Counted from the stretch's first letter, positions 28,467 to 39,378 are shown. The stretch is DNA of 64,000 nucleotides from an uncultured Bacteroidales bacterium (GCA_905234285.1 CAJOHK010000001.1:5375-69374); one strand, 5' to 3'. Translations and numbers: made by a program. Notes: a model not told the origin generated them from the letters alone.

Positions 28467-30269
28467 TTACCAACCCGGATTCTGAGTCATGCCGTAACCC
28501 TTGTTCACCTCTACAGTGGGGATGGGAGCCAGGTACCATTTGGTATCCCAGTTGGTCCACCAGCTGCGGGAAGGATATACGTCACTCACTTCAAAGGTGA
28601 AGGAAGTAGCGTCCACTTTGACGCCGGGAGCGTGGGAAGTGAGGCCATGGAGCTTCTTGGTGAATGCATCGGTAAGGCCCCAGCGCACCATGTCGAACCA
28701 GCGCACTTCCTCGAATCCGAACTCACATTCGCGTTCGCGAAGGATGGCGTTGCGGAATTCCTCCTGGGAGAGTTCTTCGGGAAGATCGCAAAGGCCCACA
28801 CGGCGGCGCACCATATTCACCCACTCGTAGGCATTCTCGTCAGGACCGCCATCGGCCTCGTTATAGGCCTCGGCTGCGCTGAGCAGAATCTCAGGCAGAC
28901 GCATCATGCACCAGTGAGGAAGCGTTGTACGGTCGCCAGACTTCTGAAGGATGTATTTCATCTGCAGGAAACCGGGGTTATTCACCTGACGGCCATCGGC
29001 CTCAATCCATACGGGGCCGCCCTTGTCGTTCCACCATTTATCTCCAGGAACGCACAGATTCTCGTACAGACGGGGATCACGGGTCTCTACGCCGGCCTTG
29101 AAGAACGGAGGTTGACTCTCGGGATCGACAGACCAGTCATAATCCTCGGGGAAGTCGGAACCGTCGGCCCAGCCGAACTTGTTCACATACTCGAGTGTGC
29201 CACCGCTACCGTAGTCGTGCTGATTGTCATACACGTCATAGTGAAAATCGGTGGAGTTGCTCTTGCGGATGGAGATGATGGTCTCGGTGGTTCCGCGCTC
29301 GAAGTAACCCTTGCGGTAGGCCAGACGATAAGCGGTAGGCGTATTGGCCGTGGCTTCTACCAGTCCGTAATAGCCTTCGGTAGCCCAAGCCGTCATAAAC
29401 TCATCGGCAGCCTTCTTGGCACGCTGCCAGCGGGCGGCGTCGTAGTTGGTATAACAGTGGTACTCGTTGGCATCGGAGCGCCAGAGCGTATTGGAATTGA
29501 AGGTGGGAGATGCAGCGAAGAGCAGTACGCGCAGCTTGAGTCCCAGGGCAGCAGCCTTGGTAAAGCGGCCATCATCATTCGATCCCCATGTCCAGGGAAG
29601 TTCGGTGGCGGCCTGGTCACACAAGCTTACTATGTAATCTACCGTCTGGGAAAAAGTGGCGCGCGGGAACTTCATCTCTTCGCGGGGATCTGTTATGACA
29701 TGATCCATGATGGGAACACCACCCACATAACGCAGCATGTCGGCATAGGCAACGGCCTGGCACATGCGGGCTTCTCCCTTCTTGCAGGCAATCTCTGCGG
29801 GATCGGCACCGGGAATGCGGTCGGCGTTTTGCAGGAAAACGATGCTGTAACGGATAGCATAATAATGACAGTCATCGGCGGCTTCATGCTTGGTATCGTA
29901 GGTGCCGCCAAAGTTGAAGTTCATACTGCTGCGCTTGGATGTACCGGCGCTCAGGGATCCGTTGTAATACAGCAGGGTGGGACCTGCACTGGAAGTACGT
30001 TTGTTGCTGATATAATGGTCGGTAAGCGATTCCAGCTGCTCGCCGCCCATTTTGCTGTCAAAATCGGTTACCATGCCGTAGGGCAGGTAATAGTAGGCCG
30101 ATGCCAATACTTTGTCGGCGTCCTTGAGGCTGGCGAACAGGGTATCGATGGTAGCGCCGGAAGCTTCCGGAGCGCTGCTAAGGCCGGCATCGCCCAGCTT
30201 CAGGCTCTCACAGGCTACCAGTCCTGCACCCAGCAGGAACATGGCCAGAATAGTTCTGAATTGTTTCAT
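28467..30269 (-). CDS. susD: SusD/RagB family lipoprotein
   Basis: LVAC lipobox; GEAR, RDPRL, RLPEILLSAAEA, EFGFEEVRWFDMVRW and QNPGW motifs. Confidence 0.93.
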   Translation of the reverse strand: MKQFRTILAMFLLGAGLVACESLKLGDAGLSSAPEASGATIDTLFASLKDADKVLASAYYYLPYGMVTDFDSKMGGEQLESLTDHYISNKRTSSAGPTLLYYNGSLSAGTSKRSSMNFNFGGTYDTKHEAADDCHYYAIRYSIVFLQNADRIPGADPAEIACKKGEARMCQAVAYADMLRYVGGVPIMDHVITDPREEMKFPRATFSQTVDYIVSLCDQAATELPWTWGSNDDGRFTKAAALGLKLRVLLFAASPTFNSNTLWRSDANEYHCYTNYDAARWQRAKKAADEFMTAWATEGYYGLVEATANTPTAYRLAYRKGYFERGTTETIISIRKSNSTDFHYDVYDNQHDYGSGGTLEYVNKFGWADGSDFPEDYDWSVDPESQPPFFKAGVETRDPRLYENLCVPGDKWWNDKGGPVWIEADGRQVNNPGFLQMKYILQKSGDRTTLPHWCMMRLPEILLSAAEAYNEADGGPDENAYEWVNMVRRRVGLCDLPEELSQEEFRNAILRERECEFGFEEVRWFDMVRWGLTDAFTKKLHGLTSHAPGVKVDATSFTFEVSDVYPSRSWWTNWDTKWYLAPIPTVEVNKGYGMTQNPGW

Positions 30270-30281
30270 GGCTGTACCGGA

Positions 30282-33200
30282 TTAGAAGTTAATGTTAAGG
30301 GCCAGGTTGTAGGTCTTCACCAGCGGGTATTCACCGTCGTCGCTGCTGGAACGGGCCTCGGGATCCTGCAGGGTCATCTTGGAGAAGGTGAGCAGGTTGT
30401 AACCCGTGAACATAAGGCTCAGGCTTCCGATGTGCAGCTTCTTGAACAGCTTGTTCTGGGAGAAGGTGTAACCGAAGCTGGCGCTCTTAAGACGGATATA
30501 GGAGGAGTCCACAGTCCACAGGGTGGAGTTCTGGGAGTTCCACTCATAGTTGGCCAGGGTCATACGGGGCAGGGTGCCGTCGGGGCGATAGTCGCACCAT
30601 TCGCAGTTATCCGGCATCCAGCACTGGTCGGCGAACATCTGGAGCAGACCACGGTGGCCGGTATCGGTGAAGGGCACGCGGTACTCGATACTGTATACAC
30701 GGTTCACGTTAGTAGCGGCAATCCAGTTGAGGCTGAGGTTAAAGCCCTTCCATCCGAACTTCCAGTTGGAACCGAAGAGGTACTCGGGCCGGTTGGGGAA
30801 ACCGTCGCGCATCTGGTCGTCGGTGTTGATAAGGCCATCTCCGTTCAGGTCCTTGTACATGACATCACCGGGATACACCACGCCGCCGGGTTGCGGCAGG
30901 TCCGGATTCAGGCGCTGTACGCCGTCCGCGTCGGTATAGAAGTCGCTGTACTGGTACAGTCGCTCATACTGATACAGGAGGTAGCGGCCGGTAGAACCGC
31001 CGGTCTGGGCCTGATAAGGCTCGCTGGGCGCCACCTCGTCCATGAAGATAATCTTGTTGCGGGCAAAGGTTACATTGGCGCTGATGTCATAGCGGAACGG
31101 GCCGATGTTGTCTCTCCAGCCCAGGTCAATTTCATAACCGTGGTTATCTACAATACCGATATTCATATCGGGCATGTCGGTACCGATAATACCCGGCAAG
31201 GAGTTAGGCGTGGTGAGAATGTTGGTCCGGTGCTCATAGAAAATATCTCCCGAGAAGTGCAGGCGGCTGTCGAACATCTCGAAGTCCAAACCCGCATTGG
31301 CCTTGAGGGCCGTTTCCCAGGACACATCGGCATTGCCGGGTTTTTCCATCTCGTAACGGGGGACACCGTTGGCCTTTTTGGCACCAAAGTAATAACTACC
31401 CGTTTCTTTCCAGATGCCGGAAGTCATGTACATGAATCGGCTGGAAGTACCTTTATCGTTACCCACCTTACCAACAGAGGCGCGCAGCTTGAGGAAGTTG
31501 ATGAAACGCAGTTTCTTCATGAATTTTTCCTCGGAGGCTACCCAACCGATGGAGGCCGACGGGAACAGACCGTAACGGGTTTTACCGGGGGCAAAGTTCT
31601 CGGAGCCGTTGTAACCGGCGCTGAGGTCGACCAGATACTTGTCTTTGTAAGCATAGGTTGCGCGAGCCACAAAGCCCACATAACCGTAGGGCAGCCATTT
31701 GTACTGGCTGGGATAGTAGTCGCGGGACTGGTTGTACAGGAGCAGGGCGCTTACGGCGTGCTTGCCGGCGAACTTGCGGCTGTAGTCTATGCGGGCCTCC
31801 ACATACCACTTCTTGTCATTGTCGGTACTGGAGCCGTACTTGAGCGGATAATAACCGCCGCTCATGCGCAGGAGATAGGTCTTGTCGAAGTCGGGGTCGT
31901 TGATTTCAAGACCCGAGCCGTCACGCCAGGAGGTGTACTCCACGGTCTGCGAAAGGGAACCGTCTCCGGTGTGCTTCTTGTCGATGCGCATGTCCATGTC
32001 GAAGCTACCCCTGACACCCACGCTAAGGCCTTCGGTGATGAAGTCCAGGCGCTGGGTAATGGACATATCCAGGTTGAGGCTGGTCTTATACTTTTGCTGG
32101 TAGCCGCGGCCATAGTAATAATAGTAGGCATTGTAACCGCCGTGCAGACCCTTAGGAATAGCCGAATCGGAGATGTCGGTAAGGGCAATGCCGTTCACCA
32201 GGCCGGGGCTGGAATAAGGCTGGCACCACAGCATGGTACGGGTCCAGGTGTTGGAGGCCGAAGAAATAGGCTCCCGGGTTACACCCACAACGCCGCCAAT
32301 GTTGAACTTCATGTCTGTGGTCTCGGTGAGCTTGAAGTCCAGGTTGGCGCGGTAGTTATACCGGTTGTAGGAGTAGTTATTGTCATAATCCAGGCCGGGC
32401 AACTGCTTTAACAGACCGTTCTGGTACATGTAGCCCATGGAAACAAAGTAACGTACTTTGTCGGAGCCGCCGCTGATGTTAATGTTGTTCTTGGTTTGCA
32501 GGAACGCCTTGCGGAACATGAGCTCGGTCCAGTCGGTGTTGGGGAACATGATGGGGTCGGAACCCGTACGATAGGCCTCGATGGCTTCGGGGGTGAAGTA
32601 CTCGGCCTTGTCGATGTTGCCGTCATTGAACTGCAGCACGTTGTAGCATTTTGCCTGTGTGTAGCTGTCGGCCTGCCGGATGTAGGACAGGGGCACCTGC
32701 ACACCGGTGATGGAGCTGATGGAAATCTTGGGCTTGCCGGCATCACCGCGCTTGGTGGTAACGATGATGACACCGTTAGCACCGCGCACACCGAACACGG
32801 CCGTAGAGGCAGCATCCTTGAGCACGGACAGGCTCTCGATTTCGTTGGGGTCCACCGTGTTGAGCGGACGCTCCACACCATCCACCAGGATAAGCGGTGC
32901 CGAAGCGCTCTCGTTGAGGGAGCCTACGCCACGGATGTACACGTCGGCATAGTCTTCTCCGGGCTGACCACTCATCTGAACGGTGGTTACACCGGGCATC
33001 TGACCGGCCAGAACGTTGGTCACGTCGGCTACAGGCGCCTTGATGAGGGCCTTGGAGTCGATGGACGTGAGGGCGCCCGTCACCGTGGCCTTGGTCTGTG
33101 TACCATAGGCCACCACCACGGTGGCTTCAATGGACTGCATGTCCTCCAGAAGCACCACCTTCAGGTTTCGCTGCTTGCCTATCTTCACCTCCTGGGGAAC

Positions 33201-33464
33201 ATAGCCCAACGCGGAAACCTCGATGACAGCAGCCTCACTGGGAACGGTAATGGTAAAGTCACCATCCATTCCAGCAGCCACACCGGTGGTCGTGCCCTTC
33301 AAGGTCACGCCCGCACCGATAACCGGCAATCCTTCATTGTCCAGGATGACGCCCGTGACGGTGATCCCGCCCTTGGACTGGGCTTGTGCACTGAGGCACA
33401 GCGGCCCTGCCATCAGACCAATCAGAACAGCCAGTCTTAAGATTAGGACTACTTTCTGTTTCAT
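30282..33464 (-). CDS. susC: SusC/RagA TonB-dependent transporter
   Basis: N-terminal carboxypeptidase-regulatory-like domain; VLKDAASTAVFGVRGANGVIIVTTKRG; GYNGSENF; terminal NINF. Confidence 0.95.
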   Translation of the reverse strand: MKQKVVLILRLAVLIGLMAGPLCLSAQAQSKGGITVTGVILDNEGLPVIGAGVTLKGTTTGVAAGMDGDFTITVPSEAAVIEVSALGYVPQEVKIGKQRNLKVVLLEDMQSIEATVVVAYGTQTKATVTGALTSIDSKALIKAPVADVTNVLAGQMPGVTTVQMSGQPGEDYADVYIRGVGSLNESASAPLILVDGVERPLNTVDPNEIESLSVLKDAASTAVFGVRGANGVIIVTTKRGDAGKPKISISSITGVQVPLSYIRQADSYTQAKCYNVLQFNDGNIDKAEYFTPEAIEAYRTGSDPIMFPNTDWTELMFRKAFLQTKNNINISGGSDKVRYFVSMGYMYQNGLLKQLPGLDYDNNYSYNRYNYRANLDFKLTETTDMKFNIGGVVGVTREPISSASNTWTRTMLWCQPYSSPGLVNGIALTDISDSAIPKGLHGGYNAYYYYYGRGYQQKYKTSLNLDMSITQRLDFITEGLSVGVRGSFDMDMRIDKKHTGDGSLSQTVEYTSWRDGSGLEINDPDFDKTYLLRMSGGYYPLKYGSSTDNDKKWYVEARIDYSRKFAGKHAVSALLLYNQSRDYYPSQYKWLPYGYVGFVARATYAYKDKYLVDLSAGYNGSENFAPGKTRYGLFPSASIGWVASEEKFMKKLRFINFLKLRASVGKVGNDKGTSSRFMYMTSGIWKETGSYYFGAKKANGVPRYEMEKPGNADVSWETALKANAGLDFEMFDSRLHFSGDIFYEHRTNILTTPNSLPGIIGTDMPDMNIGIVDNHGYEIDLGWRDNIGPFRYDISANVTFARNKIIFMDEVAPSEPYQAQTGGSTGRYLLYQYERLYQYSDFYTDADGVQRLNPDLPQPGGVVYPGDVMYKDLNGDGLINTDDQMRDGFPNRPEYLFGSNWKFGWKGFNLSLNWIAATNVNRVYSIEYRVPFTDTGHRGLLQMFADQCWMPDNCEWCDYRPDGTLPRMTLANYEWNSQNSTLWTVDSSYIRLKSASFGYTFSQNKLFKKLHIGSLSLMFTGYNLLTFSKMTLQDPEARSSSDDGEYPLVKTYNLALNINF

Positions 33465-33506
33465 GGGTTAGTTAATTATTTGGTTAGTTTTATACTATTA
33501 TATATA

Positions 33507-34832
33507 TTATTGTATCACGCTGTTTTTTCCGTACATGCTTTGCACCAGGGATTTTAAGAGTGATTGGTTGTCGTCGTCGTGCCTGTACTCCCAGAACATG
33601 GCGCCCAAAAGGCCTTCCTTAACGGCAAACTTGCCTTTCTCGGCCACGGATTCGGGGTCGTCGTATACCAGCAGGATGCGGCCCTGGGTGTCGGTGAGGT
33701 AAGGCACCTTGGCCACGTCGTCCCATTTGCGGATGTTCTTGCCGGTGACGTCTATGGTTTCTTTGTTGCTTTGGTTGTACTTGCGGCCGGTAACGGTGTT
33801 CTTGTTAAAGATGTCGGCCATTTGGTTGTAGTTTACCTCGTAGGGATAAACCTGATAGTCGGCCACAGGGTATTGGTCGGCCTTTTTGCCGTTGTAGCCC
33901 TTGCCGTAGAAGGGTACGCCCAGGACCAGGCGGTTCTTGGGAATGCCGGCGTCTACATGCTTCTGGATGCATTTGTCGGCGCCCGTCTGTTTATTAAAGA
34001 CGGCGCTGGTGCTGTACAGCGGGGAGTTGTGCGCCGTGGGCGCGCAGCCCATGTCGTAGGTCATCACGTTCACGTAGTCAATGTACTTGGCGGCCACCGA
34101 CCAGTCTACGTACTCGGGGTGCGAGGCCGAGGAAGCAAAGGAGATAATCTTGGTGTTGCCGATGGTCTCCCGCAGTTCCTTGAGCACCAGGTTGAAGTTC
34201 TTTTTGTCGTTGAGTTTGTCGAAGCCCGTACCCTCGGCCGACACGCCGGGATACTCCCAGTCAATGTCCACTCCGTCCAGGCCGTAAGTATCCATGTGCT
34301 TCTTGAGACTCTTGCAGAAGGTGGTGCGCTTGGTGGCATCGGCGGCCATCTTGGAGAAGCCGTCGGCCTTCATGCCCCAGCCGCCTACCATGAGCATCAC
34401 CTTGAGCTTGGGGTTCTTGCTCTTGAGGGCAATCACCTTTTGCATCAGGGACGGGGTGTCGATCTCGATGCCGCCGTCGCCGTTGGTGGGATCCTTGAAG
34501 CGACCGTGCGCATAGTTGATGTGGGTGAGCAGGGTTACGTCCGGGAGATTCTTGGAATTCTCGGTGTAGTAGGCCAGCACCATGGGGCTCTGACCCAGGT
34601 CGGTGCACAGGGACTCGGTGAAGACAGGGTCGGTGGTACTACCGTTGCCACCGGTGTTACCTCCGTTATTGCCCCCCCCGCTGGTGCCGCCGTTGCCGGT
34701 GGAGCTGCTGCCCGAGGCGGCCGGGCCCGGGATATTGATACCCTTGTCGTCCTTGCTACAGGCCGCCGAACTTAACACTATCAAGAGCGTAAGTCCGGCC
34801 AAAAAAGTCAATATGCGGGTACGTTTCATCAT
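33507..34832 (-). CDS. GH18 chitinase-like lipoprotein
   Basis: AAC lipobox; G/S/N/T-rich linker; VGGWG, LDGVDIDWEYP, NVMTYD, LGVPFYG and GAMFWE motifs. Confidence 0.9.
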   Translation of the reverse strand: MMKRTRILTFLAGLTLLIVLSSAACSKDDKGINIPGPAASGSSSTGNGGTSGGGNNGGNTGGNGSTTDPVFTESLCTDLGQSPMVLAYYTENSKNLPDVTLLTHINYAHGRFKDPTNGDGGIEIDTPSLMQKVIALKSKNPKLKVMLMVGGWGMKADGFSKMAADATKRTTFCKSLKKHMDTYGLDGVDIDWEYPGVSAEGTGFDKLNDKKNFNLVLKELRETIGNTKIISFASSASHPEYVDWSVAAKYIDYVNVMTYDMGCAPTAHNSPLYSTSAVFNKQTGADKCIQKHVDAGIPKNRLVLGVPFYGKGYNGKKADQYPVADYQVYPYEVNYNQMADIFNKNTVTGRKYNQSNKETIDVTGKNIRKWDDVAKVPYLTDTQGRILLVYDDPESVAEKGKFAVKEGLLGAMFWEYRHDDDNQSLLKSLVQSMYGKNSVIQ

Positions 34833-35995
34833 TTTAGCAGTTGATAGACTATCTGGCCAATCTCGGAATTCTCATGCATGCCGGCGAAGGCCTCGGCGCC
34901 GGGGCCAAAGGCAAAGACCGGCACCACAATGCCATCGTGACCGCTGGTAGAGAAGTGTACCTTGACCTGGCGTTCCTCGATGCTGCCCTTGAGGAGGGTA
35001 AGACCGCCGGTATTGTGGTCGGCCGTTACCACTACCAAGGTTTCGCCGTCTTTGGCGGCCCATTCCAGCACGGCGCCAATTACTTTGTCAAAGTCGAAGA
35101 GCTCCTCGCACATGTAGCCCACCTTGTTGCGGTGGCACCAGTCATCGATCTGGGAGCCTTCTACCATAAGGAAGAAGCCTTTTTTGTTGTCCAGCATCTG
35201 GATGGCCTTGAGGGTGCTTTCCATGAGGATGGGGCCGCGGTCCAGGGCGGGCTTGAGGTCATACTCGTCGTACAGGCCCAGGAATTTGTCTCCTTGTGCG
35301 CCGGCAATGCCTTCCAGTTTGTCTACAAAGGTGTAGCCCTTGGCCTTCATTTCCTCAATGAGGTTGCGGCCGTCGGAGCGCTGGTTCCAGAAATGGGTGC
35401 CGCCGCCGCTGATGAAGTCCACGTTGGCATCCAGGTACTTGGCGGCAATGCCTTCCTCGTCCTTGCGGGTGGGGCTGCTCACGCAATAATCGGCCGGGGT
35501 GGCGTCGTTGATGCGGCAGGTAACCGTGACGCCGGTCTTCATTCCTTTAGCACGCTTGGCATACTGCAGCACCGATTCCACGGGCTGAGTATCCTTGTCC
35601 ATGCCAATGTAGCCGTACTTGGTCTTTTGGCCGATAGCCAGGGCCGTGCCGCCGGCGCAGGAGTCGGTGACCAGCTTGTCCAGGCACCAGGTGCGGGAAT
35701 AGCCGGCTACGGGCATCTGGTCCACGTTGAGGGCGCCGCCGTTGGCCACCCAGCCCACGCTCCACTGGCTGAGGCCGCAGCCGTCGCCAATCATGAAGAT
35801 GACGTTCTTGATCTTCTTTCCCTTGGGTTGCTCTACCTGAACGGTGGCATAGGGTACCTCCACGGTGTACTTGTCATCGTCGGAGAAGCTGTAGGTGGCA
35901 TACTTGGACTGGTCGCGGTCCAGCTCACGCTCGCTCTGGGCAAAAGCGGGAACTACGGCGCAAAGCGCCAGGACAAAGAGCAGAATCTTTTTCAT
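34829..35995 (-). CDS. Alkaline phosphatase
   Basis: NVIFMIGDG, VTDSCAGGTA (catalytic Ser), ATPA, MVEGSQIDDWCH and VTADH motifs; signal peptide. Confidence 0.9.
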   Translation of the reverse strand: MKKILLFVLALCAVVPAFAQSERELDRDQSKYATYSFSDDDKYTVEVPYATVQVEQPKGKKIKNVIFMIGDGCGLSQWSVGWVANGGALNVDQMPVAGYSRTWCLDKLVTDSCAGGTALAIGQKTKYGYIGMDKDTQPVESVLQYAKRAKGMKTGVTVTCRINDATPADYCVSSPTRKDEEGIAAKYLDANVDFISGGGTHFWNQRSDGRNLIEEMKAKGYTFVDKLEGIAGAQGDKFLGLYDEYDLKPALDRGPILMESTLKAIQMLDNKKGFFLMVEGSQIDDWCHRNKVGYMCEELFDFDKVIGAVLEWAAKDGETLVVVTADHNTGGLTLLKGSIEERQVKVHFSTSGHDGIVVPVFAFGPGAEAFAGMHENSEIGQIVYQLLK

Positions 35996-38457
35996 TACTC
36001 GGCAAGTTTAGCATTCCAGCCCTCGAGGGTAATCTTGGCATCCTTGGCCGTGCAAAGCACGGTGCGGGATTCCCCGGGGCACAGGGTAAAGAAATTCTGG
36101 GACCAGATGGGACCGGGCACCAGGTGGCCGTCCTCTCCGGTGGCCTGAAGGATATTCTGGTAGGCAATCACCTCGCTCTTGTTGGTAAGGGTGACGGCCA
36201 GGCCCTCCTCTACGGGGGCCACATCAAGGGTAACTTCGGCCTTGGGAAGATTGGTCACGAAGCTGAGGTCGGCAAAGCCGTTGAAGGGGATGCCCCACCA
36301 GTCGGCCTTTTTCCAGTTGTAATCGTTGCCCTTGGCGGGGATGGCGTAGAAGTTGGTGGCCAGGGTGACGCCATCCTTCTTGAGTTCCAGGGCCAGGAAG
36401 CAGTCGCCCTCGATGCCCTCGAACACCTTCAGGGGCTGGCGGGGGGCCACTTTCACCAGGCTCACCTGGGAACGGACCAGCTTGGAGGCAGGGTCGTAGA
36501 CCTTCATGAGCGCTTTATACTCGGCCTCGGGAACCGCGTCGTTTACAGCGTACACGGCTTTGTCGGCGTAATTGTACACCAGTTGCACGGGCTGGTTGGC
36601 GTTCTTGGTGCCATAATAGCCGGCGGTGGGAACGCCGTACCAGTCGTACATTTGCCAGTACAGGGACGGCCAGGCGCTGCCCAGCATCCACATCACAATA
36701 CCGGTAGCGTTGGGCACATTGCCGCGGAAGGCCTCGAACATGACGCGGGTGGCGTCGTAGTCCATGGCGTGGGCCTTGCGCAGGTAATCCTTGAGGTCCG
36801 TAGCCTTGCCGTAGGTGCCTTCCATGGCATTTTCCTGGAAGGAGGTATTGTTCATGTGGGAACCGGAGGCCGTGCAGTGATAGGCCCAGGACGGGCCGAT
36901 GGGCCAGAGGTCCTTCTCCCCTACCATGCGACGCAGGGACTCTTCCTGGACGATGTCGAGGCCGGGGCCGGTCTCGGTGTTAAAGCCGAAGGCACCGCCG
37001 CACTCGGTGTCTATCCACCAGTAATCTGGGCCTACATACTCGTACGGGCCGGCCATCTTCATGCCGGAAGGACCGTCAAGACTGGACAGGCCGGAAGCCG
37101 AGCAAACATAGGGACGATAGTCCAGTTCCTTATATAATTTAAGGTATTGTTCTTCCAGTTGGGGGTTGGGAATGCGGTCGCTGCCGGTGAGCCAGCCAAT
37201 CACCGAAGGGTGGTTGCGCAGGCGGATGAGCTGGTCATGGAAATAGCGTACGGCCAGGGCCTCGGAGCGGGGATCGTTGATGCAGCCGTAGCGCTTGTAC
37301 TCCGGCAGGCCGCAGTAGTTTTCCCACTCCCATTGGCAGCTCCAGCCCACCAGGGCCATGAGGCCCAGGCTGTCGCAGAGGTCGTAGATGGTATCCTCCT
37401 TGCCCCAGATGTCCTCGAAGCGGATACAGTTGAGGCCCATGTCCAGGGCCATCCGGGCCTGCATGGCCAGGGACTCAGGCGTATCCTGCATAAAGATGTC
37501 GTCGCTCCAGCCGCCGCCTTTGATGAGGACAGGACGGCCGTTGAGCACAAACTGGCGGTGACCTTTCTCATCCACATAACCTTCGATGGAACGGATGCCG
37601 AAGGTGACGGAACGGCTGTGGGAAACCTGCTCTCCGTTTTTGAACGCCACGTTCATGTGGTACAGTTCCGGGGAGCCCATCTCGCTGGTCCACCAAATAC
37701 GGGGATTGTTCACGGTTTCCTCCACGCTGATTTCCCGACTCTCGCCGGCCTCCAGGTGGACGGGAACCGTGAATTCACCCCCTTCATACATGCCGGAAAT
37801 TACACCATCTTCGGCATGCTCGCTGTGGTTCACCAATATACTATTAACCAATAACCGGGCCTGAGAGAGGTCTTCCGGATTAACCACAGGCTTAATATAA
37901 ACGTCTTGAATTTGCACATCGGGCGTGGAAATGAGCTGCACGGGGCGAATGATGCCCATGCTCTCATCCACGGGGCGGGGATTCCAGTCCACGTAGCCGT
38001 GGTTCAGGTCCCCCTTCTGGGCGCGGCGCACGGTAACCTTGAGGGTATTGTTGCGCCTGGCCAGGCTGGTGATGTCGAACTCACGCACGATGTACGGGCC
38101 GAAGGTGGTATCGGCCGAGGCCAGCTTTTGACCGTTGAGTTCAATATCGGCATAGAAGTTAAGGCCCTCGAAGCGAAGGATATGATGCAGGCCTTTGGCA
38201 GCGGCGAAGCGGGTGGTATAGACCCACGGGCTGTCAAAGATGCTGGCGTCTATGTTTTTGTAACGCTCCTGCTCCAGGACATCCTGACCAAAGACACCGG
38301 CCTCGTTGAGGGCGCCGGCCACGGTACAGGGAACGGTGGCTTTGTAGCTTTCTTTCCCGCCTTCGCGTTGCAGGGTCCATTGGGTGAGCGGGCCGGGCTG
38401 CGAAGAAGCACAGGCGGCCAGCAGGAAAGTGGAAATCATGCAAAGAATCGTTTTCAT
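35995..38457 (-). CDS. GH2 exo-beta-D-glucosaminidase-like (CsxA-type) lipoprotein
   Basis: YVDWNPRP.D, GLNCIRFE, GWSCQWEWE, RLRNHPS, GSD, KMAGPYEYVGP.YW, FNTETGPG and WPSLYWQ motifs resemble CsxA-type GH2. Confidence 0.75.
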   Translation of the reverse strand: MKTILCMISTFLLAACASSQPGPLTQWTLQREGGKESYKATVPCTVAGALNEAGVFGQDVLEQERYKNIDASIFDSPWVYTTRFAAAKGLHHILRFEGLNFYADIELNGQKLASADTTFGPYIVREFDITSLARRNNTLKVTVRRAQKGDLNHGYVDWNPRPVDESMGIIRPVQLISTPDVQIQDVYIKPVVNPEDLSQARLLVNSILVNHSEHAEDGVISGMYEGGEFTVPVHLEAGESREISVEETVNNPRIWWTSEMGSPELYHMNVAFKNGEQVSHSRSVTFGIRSIEGYVDEKGHRQFVLNGRPVLIKGGGWSDDIFMQDTPESLAMQARMALDMGLNCIRFEDIWGKEDTIYDLCDSLGLMALVGWSCQWEWENYCGLPEYKRYGCINDPRSEALAVRYFHDQLIRLRNHPSVIGWLTGSDRIPNPQLEEQYLKLYKELDYRPYVCSASGLSSLDGPSGMKMAGPYEYVGPDYWWIDTECGGAFGFNTETGPGLDIVQEESLRRMVGEKDLWPIGPSWAYHCTASGSHMNNTSFQENAMEGTYGKATDLKDYLRKAHAMDYDATRVMFEAFRGNVPNATGIVMWMLGSAWPSLYWQMYDWYGVPTAGYYGTKNANQPVQLVYNYADKAVYAVNDAVPEAEYKALMKVYDPASKLVRSQVSLVKVAPRQPLKVFEGIEGDCFLALELKKDGVTLATNFYAIPAKGNDYNWKKADWWGIPFNGFADLSFVTNLPKAEVTLDVAPVEEGLAVTLTNKSEVIAYQNILQATGEDGHLVPGPIWSQNFFTLCPGESRTVLCTAKDAKITLEGWNAKLAE

Positions 38458-38468
38458 AAATCTGAGCT

Positions 38469-39293
38469 TTATTTGAGGGCTGCAGCACCAACCAGCGCGA
38501 CGTCGCTGTTGGGCATGGCTTCGATGTTTAATCCCTCAAGGCTGCTGGGATAAGGGAACAGAGTGGTGAGGGTGTCCCACATCTGGTCTTTGAACAGGTC
38601 GAAGGAGTGGGCGATTCCGCCGCCGAAGACTATGCAGTCGGGGTCATAGGCATACATGACCACGGACAGGAACTCTCCCAGATGCTCCCCGAACTCCGAG
38701 AACAGGTCCAGGGCGGCCAGGTTGCCGTTAATGGCTTCCTGGGCGGCCTCCTTGGGATTGATGTCCTGGTTCACGAAGAACTGCTTGGAGCAGTAGTGCT
38801 CATAGATACCGTCCTTGTACGGGAGGGCGCCGATTTCCCCGGCGCCGCAATGGGTGCCGGCAAAGATTTGCCCTTTGTGCACGATGCCTACGCCGGTGCC
38901 GGTGCCCAGGGTTACGCAAACCAGCACTTGGGCGGGCTTTTTAACCAGGGCTGCCGCACCCAGGGCGTAGCAGTTGGCATCGTTGTTTACTGCCACGGGA
39001 ACGTGGAAGCGGGCTTCCAGGAATTCCTTGAGGGGAACCACATCCCAGGAGGGGATATTGGCGGCATTGTACACGATGCCTTTCTCGGGGTCTACCACTG
39101 AGGGCACGCCGATGCCGATTTTTTCCACTTCCGGGATAAGGATTTCCTGAATGCGGTCTCCCAGATAGTTGAGGGTTTGCTCCAACGAAGCGTTTTGGGG
39201 GAAGGAAGGAACCGTGACTTTAGACACCACCCGGGAATCCCGGATGAGGCCAAAACTGATGGTAGTTCCGCCGATATCGATACCTAGTGTCAT
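38469..39293 (-). CDS. ROK family sugar kinase
   Basis: GIDIGGT, IGIGVP, VNNDANCYAL, TLGTGTG and AGEIG motifs; no N-terminal HTH. Confidence 0.9.
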   Translation of the reverse strand: MTLGIDIGGTTISFGLIRDSRVVSKVTVPSFPQNASLEQTLNYLGDRIQEILIPEVEKIGIGVPSVVDPEKGIVYNAANIPSWDVVPLKEFLEARFHVPVAVNNDANCYALGAAALVKKPAQVLVCVTLGTGTGVGIVHKGQIFAGTHCGAGEIGALPYKDGIYEHYCSKQFFVNQDINPKEAAQEAINGNLAALDLFSEFGEHLGEFLSVVMYAYDPDCIVFGGGIAHSFDLFKDQMWDTLTTLFPYPSSLEGLNIEAMPNSDVALVGAAALK

Positions 39294-39312
39294 CGCTAAT
39301 GTGGTTTTAACA

Positions 39313-39378
39313 CAAATTTAGCGGACAAGCGAGGTGTGGGAAGTGCAGATTTGCGCAGGATTTGTTACAATTTGCGCA
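39313..39378 (-). promoter_or_regulatory. PUL promoter with tandem operator (TGCGCAAAT x2, 21-bp period) and -7 box TAAATTTG
   Basis: ATTTGCGCA at 39349-39357 and 39370-39378; CAAATTTA at 39313-39320, upstream of the ROK gene. Confidence 0.65.

Noticed and set aside
28632-32411. 1259-aa plus-strand ORF and other long antisense ORFs (e.g. 11845-14040, 18357-20612, 57365-59614)
   Set aside because: Shadow frames opposite well-supported genes, expected with high GC at third codon positions; no recognisable motifs.
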